From Balanoglossus misakiensis (taxonomy: Eukaryota; Animalia; Hemichordata): a stretch of DNA of 64,000 nucleotides. Below the pieces are notes generated by a model. It was not told where the DNA came from. It ran no database searches and worked only from the letters and a program-made list of their open reading frames with translations. The translations under genes were made by a program, and so were the position numbers. Shown piece by piece: positions 12,987-23,626 of the stretch (position 1 is its first letter; every line of letters starts with the position of its first letter). The stretch is taken from contig CM082598.2 of assembly GCA_040954595.2 (NCBI GenBank), positions 2,697,062 to 2,761,061 on the forward strand, read 5' to 3'.

Positions 12987-13608
12987 GTTGTTTTATACAC
13001 GTTCACGCCTCTGTAGGCCGAGATCTGGGTTTGACATCAAGTCACAAGGATCTGCTATATTTGATGAAAGATTTCAATGTTCAGTCCCAGACCAGAGTCG
13101 GTAGCTACCTTTTCACGTGATGGCGTTGCTATGCGAGTAAAATCACGCTGGCGTTGTTTCCAGGCGCCAAGAGATAGGACGCGGCATTTCAATATTCAGT
13201 TGTTTATTCGAGTACGTAATGTGGAACAGCATTCCGGTCGGTTAAACCCTGAGACAACTGTCGGGACCAAAGGTACGGCGGGTGTATAGGTCATTCTGCC
13301 CTTAGCCAATTACGGCTGCACGTCCGAATGTACATAAACGCCTGCGCTGGTCTGGAAACGTTAGCTGTTCTCCAGGCCAGGCACCAGGCGCTGAGAATCG
13401 TGATCTGCAGTGCCAACCGAAATCCCAGCGTAGAAAGACAACCAAACGGCAGTTTCTCTCTTGTTTCTCGGGCTGTGCTAGACTGTCGGCATACGTGAGT
13501 TGAAACTATTTTAATTTGATTGTGGTCGGCTAGTTTGAGATACGAGACAAATCTCGAGACGCAGGGCACGAAAAAAGAACGTTCAACGGGTCACAAGTGG
13601 CTTAACTT

Positions 13609-13817
13609 CTTAGTATGCGCTTCGGGTGAGATTTTGAGAAAACTGGTAGTCCTTGTGGGTTTTTCGGCAATTTTCAATTTCAAATTTCAGACAATTTCGC
13701 GCTCTCATGCAAAATGTAAACTTGGACCCCGATTTTTCTTCTCAATTTCAAAAGAGAATAATCTAAAGTAGAATTGGGGAAAATATGACTTTGATTTTCG
13801 AGGTGAATTCTACCCTT
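13609..13817. mobile_element. Degenerate MITE, family B (TTAA-GGTAG..TGCGCC terminus type)
   Basis: Similar to 20665-20838 and 39195-39445 (shared ...ttctcaatttcaaaagagaataatctaaa...tgactttgattttcgagg segment). Confidence 0.6.
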
Positions 13818-14260
13818 GGAACGATTGCTTCCATTCTGGGATCATGCAAAGCGAACATCTATCTTTTTTGACAAGAATTTTGAGTCCCATCGACAGGATA
13901 TTTTCCTACCGAACTCCCAATGAATTCACGCAAACCGAACATGCGTAGAACAACTTGCTCTTAGCCTAATACCAACGGAGCTTACACACCGCAAATACTG
14001 GGATGTATTCTCCGCAACCGATATTAATGTTTCTGTCGCAAGACTTCCTCCGTTGCCTTCCATTTGTTTGTCTTGGAATAGAAGTAATGCCACACTTATA
14101 TGAAACTGCCGGTCGGAGGATTTCCGTTATTTGTGCAGGGATTGTGTGCACTTGTTGGGAAAACCCACCCCGCACAACTCTACAAACCCAACCCCACTTT
14201 GAAAACGCGAAATCCCGAATAAATTATGGAAGATTTGATCTTTTTGCCGCGAGCATCAGG

Positions 14261-14310
14261 TGACGTCACAACTGCCTACTAGTCGTCACTGATACCGTTG
14301 CTACAGCAAC
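14261..14310. promoter_or_regulatory. CRE plus RFX X-box pair, candidate promoter of the 15.75-17.06 kb gene
   Basis: TGACGTCA at 14261-14268 and palindromic GTTGCTACAGCAAC at 14297-14310. Further CREs at 14803 and 15198. Confidence 0.45.
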
Positions 14311-15750
14311 GGCAAAAACATGATTATCGTAATGGAAAAAATATTCAATTCCATATTTTGATTTAGGCGGTTATCAACAACTCTAGATTATCAGTTTAAG
14401 TCGTATTTTCTTGCATCTTCTTGTTTCAATCCCAAACTATCGCGAGTCGTTCGTAATCGAAATCTTCTAATATTCCCGTGTCCAACGTCAGAAAATAAAC
14501 TGTTATATGACTTCTACCCCCAGCCGGCAATGCGTATCAAAAATTAACATGCGACATGAAACTTTTGCATTATAAATATCAATTTTTCCATTATAGTTGA
14601 AATCTTATCCAGGTAACATATCTATAACAGACTCCTTGTTCAAAATTAATTCGTGCTCTTACAAATATTCGCCCGTTGCGCGGAATAAGTGATTTCTCTC
14701 TCAGTAGTTCTGATTTTTTGTCAGTGTTTGAAATAGATTTCGGTTTACAATACTCCAAGTCGATATTTTTCAAGGCGTATTTATTGTACGAGGCCAAGAC
14801 AGTGACGTCATGGTTGATGTGTGTTTTGTTTGTGTATTCCATCTCAGTCGAAAACATCACGTGACACAATAGAATAGTTTGGCTTTCATTGTAAATCACA
14901 AAACTGACTATTTTGGAACATTTTAAAAATGTACTCATACTGAAAAATGATGATTAAAAGCCCAGTAGCGTCGCATACATGTATACATGTACTTTGTGCG
15001 ATGGCTTGGGGGGGGGGGGGGGTGTCCGTAATTGATACCACGTGACCGAAAAAGCCTCCAATCATGTAAAAGACAGGTGATTGGAACACGCTGAAATCAG
15101 GGATCGTTTCGAGCGCGCGTTGTCGTGACAACCGGACTCATAAGCGTCAGATCGTGGGAGAGAATTGTGAACGACGGAACATAATGCGGAATACGACTGA
15201 CGTCATTTCCTTCGATATCGAAAGATCAATGGTAATTTTTTCTTCAAAAGGAAACCAAATAATAATTTTGAAATCTTACGGAAATGAACTTTTTAGTAAC
15301 TAGAAGCCAATCTTAAGTTCATCATCGCTGGTTTCTGGCAGAATCTAGTTGATATTTTTTTCAGGAATAGCAAAATGTTGCCTGTAACTCATGGCAATAT
15401 AATCTTGATTATTGCTTTCTATGTTAAAGATCGAAATAATTCCGAATAGACGTTCTACCCGTTTAAAGGATTTCTCTCTCCTCCCTCTCATCTCTTGCTA
15501 TCCCCCCTCTATCACCTTTCTTTCCCCTCTTTCTCCCCCCCCCCCCTCTCTCTCCCACACGCTTTTATGTTGTTCTTCATTGCCAACACCGAGTACTGGA
15601 ATCATTTTGCTGTGAAGCGCGTAACCAGCAAAATTGTATTCCTATATTTTGGTTACTAGCAGGTCATTTTGATATTTGGACATTTCGAATGGGGGCGTTT
15701 CTATACATTCCCATCAGAATTTCCTAAAAGAGGCTTTTGTTTTTGTTCAG

Positions 15751-17056
15751 GATTACGTCATCGCTGACGTGGCGCGGGAGAATGAGACGACAAATGCGCA
15801 GGCCCATTAAAAACAGTTGCCAGGGGAAACGAATCACTGCTTCTCTGAGTACTGTTGGTGGCGCCCTACTCAAAAGAGACCACAAACCCTCTGCAGAGAC
15901 GATGCTCTTGACTTTGAATACAGGAAAGCAGTTTTGGGAGCCACGCCAGTCCTTGGTGTCAAGGCAACGCGACCACGCCCACAGAGGGACCTTTAACAGA
16001 AGCAAAGAGGACTATATCAAGCTTGTGTCATCAAGGGAAGAAAGTAAACATGCGATATTATCACTCCGTCCACCGAAGCCACTCGTGTTGCCATCGCACG
16101 CCAAAAGAAAAGTCGCCCGACCAACTGTTGATCCGCGCAGAGGACTGTGGGAAGGCTCCTTGACGAAATCTTCCATTTGGCCGTGCCTCTCCATCAATGG
16201 TTACCAACTTGAAGAGGTGGACATGCGCAGATTGTACTCAGATCCCACCGGTGCATACGTCCCCGTGGTTTGTTCAAAACTATACCCGGAAATTGGCGAT
16301 AATTTGGAGATGGACGGAACTGGTGGCGAGAACAGAGAATTGGCATCAGATGACGGTCCGTTTCCATCTTCAAGAAGTCTTACGCTGACAACTCCCAGCG
16401 AACAAACGGCGTTTCCATCTCTATGTTTGCCGCCGATAGCAGAAACTGAGAACCACGCCACCTGCGGCGTTTTGGGGCCACAGTACTGCCGTTCTTGCTG
16501 CGAAACAGAATCCCGGCAAAGCTTCGCCGAGAAACAACAGAAACAGTACCCGGATTTGCAAATAACCGAATTGCAGCCGTGGGCGTGTTGGCCACCTGCT
16601 CTGTGCGACAGACATCTCTGCGACATGGACACTTTGGAAAGCATAGCTGGGGCGCCTCCACTGGTAGCGAAACGAAGAACTTTCATGTCAAGATATGATC
16701 GTGTGTTGGGTAATTCCCCGCACTGTAGCGGTCTCCCGCACGGAAGAAACTACGACCATGGTTCCAAATACGGTACCACTAGAAATGCGCCCAGATTCAG
16801 AGGCGACGGATTACCGACTTCCTCGAGATCGAATCCAACCGCTGACGCGGAATACCCATCCACGACAACGCCCTCAAACAACACCGAGAGAATTCACAGT
16901 TCGTCCAGTGGTTACTTCACGATTTCGCCCTCAACTCCAAGGAGATCAAATCGACGTCTTATTCATGCAAATATAAATGACGAGCCACCACCTCCACCAT
17001 GTTCACCGTTTGGGGAACACCGTCGAGGCAGAGAGTATTCTTTGAACAGTTTGTGA
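15751..17056 (+). CDS. Uncharacterised ~424-435 aa R/S/P-rich, largely disordered protein (large final coding exon)
   Basis: 1.3 kb open frame preceded by a strong acceptor ttttgtttttgttcAG (15749-15750). First in-frame ATG at 15782, stop TGA at 17054-17056. No recognisable domain. Confidence 0.75.
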
Positions 17057-17074
17057 ATGCCTTGTAGGATATGA

Positions 17075-17288
17075 GAGTAAAAATCTCAGTCGCCAAAATG
17101 AATAATCGGTCTCTACCATTTATTCAGTTTGGGCGAGTTTTTACTATCATATCATACAAGCAGGATGGAAGTTGTGTGTGGTCGAACGTTGATTCTCTAT
17201 ATATCCACATGTAGAATAACATAAACGGTGTCTTGTATGAAACATAATTAATGAAAAAAGGGCAGCGAGAGAGACTTTGTCCCTTTAA
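17075..17288 (-). mobile_element. MITE family A copy, inverted
   Basis: Ends ctttgtcccttTAA. Homologous to 8299-8487 and 42604-42800. Confidence 0.7.
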
Positions 17289-17940
17289 GTGGGCAGTACT
17301 GCTATTAACACTGAGACTGTATACGAGTGTGGGGAGGTTATATAACGAATAGGTGGCAAATATCTTAACAGAAACAGTTTTGAACCCTTCTTGTTCTTTA
17401 AACCCGTCTAAGGACGATTTTTAAAAATAGTTGTGTATTTAAAATGAGACGAGCTGTTAGTTGAATTCATCTGTCCATCTTGATATCCGTCAGTATGTCG
17501 CTGAATGGGTAAAAAAGTAAAGAAAATGTGAAGATATTGAGGTCAACAACCTACTAAATAGCATTTTTTTTTAACTTGGCATAGCGCGGTGTACATGACG
17601 CGCATCGTGTTTAAATTAGGAGAGACATCTTATAGAACTCGTTTTAATTTCGAGCTAGCATCTTCGACGCTTTGACAGCAAACATAAAAAAAACAATCCT
17701 TGAAAATGTGCAATCTTGCGTGAAGGTGGATCGCATTCCTTTAATTGGCGCTAACTTGTGACATTTTGACTTTTAGCGCAGCGGATGTCACACACATTGA
17801 TCTGAGGAATTCCTCAATAGATGCTGGGGGGATTAAGTATCTTAGGATCTCTTTTCTCCAACAACATCATCGATTTGCAGGAATTCTCAGACGTCATCCT
17901 GACCTACGAGGAGAATGTCATCCTCGGGTTCAGCTGTTAA

Positions 17941-18025
17941 CCCTTTCATCGCCATGGTTTGGTCCAAACCCACTGTTTTCTATGGCAGGGTTGGACCTAT
18001 ACAGATGGGATTGGGGATGAAAGGG
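17941..18025. mobile_element. 85 bp piggyBac-like MITE with TTAA TSD
   Basis: TTAA-CCCTTTCATC...GATGAAAGGG-TTAA: perfect 10 bp TIRs with CCC/GGG termini. Confidence 0.8.
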
Positions 18026-18571
18026 TTAAAGGAATACAGTCGCCTAAATTTGACATATGCTGATATGTGTCTAAAAGGGATGTGTTTAAATCTTCCCATC
18101 TTTGAACACGTGCATTAAAAGGGATTTGAATTGAAAGTCTCATATATGACAGGACAAAAATATAAATTAAAAGTAATTTAATAAATAATTAGGAACATTT
18201 GGGACGGTCTTGTAGGGCTGTCCCTAGGAGTTTTTCATATCAAGTTTGATGGTGCCCGAAAATGACTGTTGCTGGCCGACCGAGTCTGATGAAAACAGAC
18301 AAAATTGTCACGACAAAAAGAGAGTAGACATGATTCCCTTGAAAGTATATCGCAAAAAGACTATTCTCGGTCTCGATTGAATACAAATGTAAAATCCAAA
18401 ATGTAATATGGTGTTGTTAAACTGACAGGCAGGCAGACAGACAGACTTCGTTACTGCCCAATGCGTCAATTTGCCCTTCTCACAGTCAGCTGACATGCCA
18501 TTCCCCAGATATCGTCAGAACTAATCTTTCATCGTTGTATGCGAGTACATATTATTAATAAACTCCTTGTC

Positions 18572-18577
18572 TTTATT
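18572..18577 (-). terminator. Candidate polyadenylation signal (AATAAA) of the insulin-like peptide gene; alternative at 18763-18768
   Basis: tttatt on the + strand about 1.4 kb past the stop, next to 3'UTR-like TGTACAAATA motifs on the minus strand. Confidence 0.45.
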
Positions 18578-19970
18578 CGAAAATCTTGAGAACAGAACAT
18601 GCGCAATATTAACAAATAGTGTACAGATATTTGTACAAGACATAAAGAACAGAATGGACACGAATAGTTCAATCAAGTGTACGTGTACGCTGATATTACG
18701 TTAATGCCTTAGCAAGTCAGTTACAGCATAAAACAATATAAGGTTGATGAAATGAAACAGAATTTATTCGATGCACTGTCTCTGTGAAGGAACGTGGAGC
18801 GGGAGTTGGAATGTCTCGGAATCGGTGTCATGGCCGACTTTGTTGTCTTTGTGTGTCCCCGAACGAAGGGATTTGTCAAAGAACTGCCATATGCATATCA
18901 ATCTCGAGCATCATAATGTTGCCCCTCGTCGTAAAGCTTGATTTGTTTCCCTGTTGGACTCAGAACAGAAGTGGATGTTCTCGCGTCAAGTGGTGTTCCC
19001 TTCGTTGAGGAATTCTAGTAACGGCAAGAGGAAAATGTTCTTCCAAACAAATTTATGTTTGATTCGTTGACTGTCGATCGCCTTGCCGACGACCGTACAA
19101 GGTAACCTGTTTTTGACGGTTGTACAAGCAGATCAGCGTCATACAGACGACAATATGTGGCCTTCGCTGACTTGCCCGTATAACATGGTATACACGTTCA
19201 ACATGTAGGCTTAGCATCTTGAATGAGAAAACACTAGTCATTCACGTCGTTCGCCGCCATAATGTGATAGACCATCTGGAGAAAAGATGAACCAACGCAA
19301 ACCAGACACCACGTGTGTGTACAAATACTTCCTCTTAAAGCACTGGCGATGACAAATTTGATAATTTCAGCAGGAGTTCCTATTTAAAGGCCGGGCAGTA
19401 CTTTGCAACCATCCTGTCCAAAGCAAGTTTTGACTGCTTGCATTGGTTTGCAATGATTGTTGTTGTTTACACAGACAATTCATCTGTTCCATTATGGCGT
19501 CCATCTTTTCAGTCCATTTCCTTTTCTTGCTAAGCGTGTTCATTCTGGCGCCCATTTGCGCCACATTTTCTGATGAGGCCACGTTCCATAGTTCAGATGG
19601 TTTAAACTTCTATGAAATCTGAAAGTCAATGTGTACTTGGTGATATTTCGCGGTTCCGAGGCACGATCCACTGAAACACCTGACATGTAAATCTATCTTG
19701 TAGTGTCCGCTCGGGAGGTCATGGGTGAAAGGTGATTGCACATGCGTAGTTCGGGGGAGATAGCTGATTGGCTGATTGTCTGTGACGTGTATCTGCCAGA
19801 ACGAGGTGCGAGTAAAGACGTATTGGGAGTACTAGTATGTGAAGGGAACTCTGTGCACACTTGGAGGTGTACGCACGGGTTTCAGACAAACAGCCGTGAT
19901 TTACTCGGGCACTGAAAGGTGTTCACAGAGGCAGCGCATCCCAACAGCAACAACAGCGAGGTGGTCCTTC

Positions 19971-20501
19971 TTAGCTCGGGGGGTCATGGTCGCGCAGCAC
20001 GGCCAGGAAACTGTGGAACTCTCGCTGCCTCTCGGCGCAGCAGTATGTCATCATTTGGGGCAGATTGCACTGTTTGTAACAACATTCGTCTAGCAGTCCC
20101 CTTTTCACAATTGAAGGTACACTCTTGGTAAAACTATTGGCTTCCTCCTTGCTTAAAAATGCTGTGGAATGAAACAAAGAGTCAAATTGAGTTAAAACAG
20201 ACATACAAACGGAGAGTCAGGCAATCAGGAAGCGTTCGCCTTATTCCATTGACGAACAGAGAAATTCAGAATATAGACTGCCCTCTCATGACGTCACTGC
20301 ATTCTTACCTTGACTGTCGGCTTCCTTTGCCGATCTCTCGATGGGTTGTGCATAGCAACCACTACATATTTGCCGCATCGTTTCCACCGTTCTCCCACAA
20401 TGCCATTCCTTCCGCAACGCATCGCTGGTACAGATTAGGAGTACCGTCACCGTGGAGATAACTATAAGCTTTAAGCTAATCAGTGTTGTGTTTTTGTCCA
20501 T
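19971..20501 (-). CDS. Insulin-like peptide precursor, 8-cysteine octinsulin type, 127 aa; join(complement 20309..20501, 19971..20161)
   Basis: Spliced product: MDKNTTLISLKLIVISTVTVLLICTSDA|LRKEWHCGRTVETMRQICSGCYAQPIERSAKEADSQ^AFLSKEEANSFTKSVPSIVKR|GLLDECCYKQCNLPQMMTYCCAERQREFHSFLAVLRDHDPPS. It has a hydrophobic signal peptide, B chain CG-x9-C-x2-C, a KR site and A chain CC-x3-C-x8-CC. The 147 nt GTAAG...CAG intron is phase 1 and lies in the C-peptide, the conserved insulin-family position. Kozak GCAACCATGG. Confidence 0.95.
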
Positions 20502-20664
20502 GGTTGCCTAGAGAAAATGAGAGAATAGAAAACCACATTTAATTGGCTGCGTATTATTTAGAAGGCACGTGTTTCATCAGAAGGCACGTGTTTTTTGTTT
20601 GCGAACTACTGGAATCACATTACTACATTTTCCCAATGTATTCTCTTTAATTTTACTCCATAAC

Positions 20665-20838
20665 AGAGACTGGTGGCCAGTTTGAATTTCACATCTGAGA
20701 TATTTTTGCTCTCTCATTGGAAATTTTGCACGCTGGCCCCCAATTTTCCTTCTCAAATTTTAAAGAGAAAAATCTAAAATTGTCTTGGGTAATTTATAAG
20801 AAAATGACTTCGATTTTCGAGGCTCATAGTACATTAAA
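20665..20838. mobile_element. Degenerate MITE family B copy in the ILP 5' intron
   Basis: Similar to 13660-13815 and 39370-39445; ends in TTAA. Confidence 0.55.
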
Positions 20839-23553
20839 GGGAGGTAGACAACGACGCGTGCAGGTGGCAAAGGATGGAAAATTGACTTAGAAGAAATGTT
20901 TGATTCCACAAGAGTACAGATTCAGGTTAACTCAACTTGAATTCTCGGCTTAAGTTTGTGCACTGAAGTATAAGTTTACTGCAGGATAAAATGAGATATA
21001 CTTGTTTACCCACTACAGGGTTGGGATCTCCCCACCGTTCAGGTTCAATCTTACTTCCATCCCATCAATTATTCACCAGATAACAATATCAGATACAGTT
21101 GAAAATACACGAATCGGGTTTCCGCATGAACTAAAATCTGTCAACAGATGCGTATGTTGAACGCTGCTTCCCCCCCCCCCCCCCGACGAATCAAGTCGTT
21201 AGAAGTACGTAAAATTTAATCAACCCTTATGGCTGGCTGCTGTAGACAGTTTAACTGTAAGTTAAATATCACAGTCATTTATGGGAATATTATACGCGCT
21301 TTGGAGCTGTAACGCGATATGTGTGTTTTCTGTCGAGACAGGGCTATTATGTTGGGTTATAGAGCCTACGGAAACGGTTTCTTCGTGCAAATCATATCTG
21401 CATTTATCGATAATGCGATCGAAAAATTCTTATGACATTTAAGCTTAACCAGTACTCTTCACATGAAACCGGAGCCTAGCCTTTTACTCGGCGAAAAACA
21501 GGCTTGGTGGATTGATGATGATTAGCATCGGATGATAGGTAGGGCGGTGTCTACAACAAACCATGGGGGAGGGGGGGGGGTAAAGAATGCACGACAACCT
21601 GCCAAAGCTGCCCTCAGTGATAGTTGCTTACTGGCAGTCCCCTAAGTTACGTGTCACAAAACTGAACCCTGGAAAAGAATCGAGGTCTGTCTATGTCCCT
21701 CCGACGTATCACACACGGCCCACCGGGGGTTTCATCTCGCTGACTGTCATGGGACGTCGGGAAATGTTTTCGTGGACCAAACACGAAGATCAGGTTACCC
21801 GCGCCCCCGCGCTACCGTATTAAAACGCCAGCTAAACGCCGGTGTTATACAATGGGCATGCACGCAATGTATACACACACGCCGATCATGACAAATAAGC
21901 TTTCTTGTTCTCAACAGGAATCTGTAGCAATTAATATGGTCTGTACAATACTGAAAACATGCTAAACTTTTGCAGTTGCTGTGAATTTAAGTGCGTGTCT
22001 CCCATTATACAGAGAATTTTACAAAAATTACAATATTCTAAATTTTGAGTAGTTTAAACTCACGGACAGATGGTGCAGTCAAGACCAGTGCGTTCGAAGG
22101 CCATCAACCGCTCGGAGAAACTCGAGAGTTAAAGCATGATGCGACCGATCGAAAGAACATGTTCAACTTGAAAAGGTTACCGCTGTGAACTAAATGATTT
22201 TAAAAACTTTCCTGATAAAAAACATCTTGTGGGCCTTTAAGTAGTGTGACAGAACTATCGATCGCGTTGTACTGTGTTGAAAGGTTGTCTAGAATTTGAT
22301 ATGGAAGCGACCCGAAATTGCAAATCAATAGTAACTGTTTCTGTCATTAGCATACAGCTGTTGGACAGTAGGCCCCTGTGCACAAAAATCTAACAGTTCA
22401 GACGATACTTACGATCAATACAACGAAACCTGTGCCGACCAGACTGTTCGTGAGAGTTTTTTCTATAGGACATACAACATTGGAATAATTTTTACAATTG
22501 TGGTTTTGAGCCAAGGCAGAAAACATCCTTTCAAAAGACTTGAAATCCTGGCATGCCAGGCAGGGAAAATGCATTTTCTGATCATGACCTCAACCGCTTT
22601 TGGCGGGAAGTTGCCGTCGACAATCTGCGGCAGAGCTATTTTAGAAGGCATTAAATGCAAGCGCCTAAACGTGATACGGCAATTGCTTTTTATAGACGTC
22701 ATGAAATTTATTAAGTGTTAACGCCGCGTTTCGTTCAAAAGTGATTCATCCTTTGCTCCCTGTCCGACGTAAAAATGGTAATTAAATGTTTGATGACACG
22801 TATAAGTCACTTTCTTATTAAAGCAATCAAAACGACCGTGGCAGACTCCTCTCGTACGCTTTAATTTTATCCATCGACGTGTTTCTGACGTCATCCAGGT
22901 GCGGGGCGCGCGCTTCGCTGGCCTCGGCGCCAGCGTTAAGCTGACGAGTGCGGAGAAGCAGGCCCGGATGGGGGGCTAATGTTTGTGGGCGGAGGGTTTT
23001 GCTTGCCCAGCTGGGGCGAGATGCGCCCTTGCTGCTCGTTTGTGTGCATGGAAACACTTGCTGGAACAAGTGATCAAATTGACCAGCTGCAAACGAGGAG
23101 ATTGCGTGTCATAGAACTCAGGAAGAAAAGACAAGTTAAACGCTACCGACTTAAAATTTTCTGTCATTGCATACAAAACAAAAGTGGTACTTATATACAG
23201 AGTGTGGGTAGCGATATAACAGCGTTTCAGTGAGTAAAACATAATTGTCTATCAAAAGAAAGTATTATCTATCAATACTTCGTTATGCTCGGGTAAAGAT
23301 GTCTTTGAATCAAGTTAGGGTAGCACAACATCAAAAAAGCTATCGATGGATAGTTTCAAAGTATTAGCAAGCGCTCGCAGTTCTTTCTGCAGAGTCAGCC
23401 CGAAGACGCGCCTCGCGGACATTCACTGATTTCTCAGTCCAACAGCGAATCACACCGTAGATCGGTGAAATAAAGAAAATGAAACAGTCTTGGTTAGTGA
23501 ACGCCTCGCTCAAATGGATGCTATTCATCCACACAGGTTGTCATGGTACTCAC

Positions 23554-23626
23554 CTCTGCCGGACTGCGCGCTAAGGGAGACAGCAGCGTTGTGCAGGTCG
23601 CGCTCCGCCGGGGACCTGAATTTAAA
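23554..23626 (-). promoter_or_regulatory. Candidate core promoter and non-coding exon 1 of the insulin-like peptide gene
   Basis: The coding exon has a strong acceptor 6 nt before the ATG (ttctattctctcattttctctAG at 20508-20509), which implies an upstream exon. On the minus strand here: TTTAAATT (23626-23619), a GC-rich spacer, a ~40 nt exon and a consensus donor GAG|GTGAGT at 23553. Confidence 0.55.

Noticed and set aside
9217-16976. Antisense and alternative-frame ORFs overlapping the two long + strand ORFs
   Set aside because: Expected shadows of GC-richer coding sequence.
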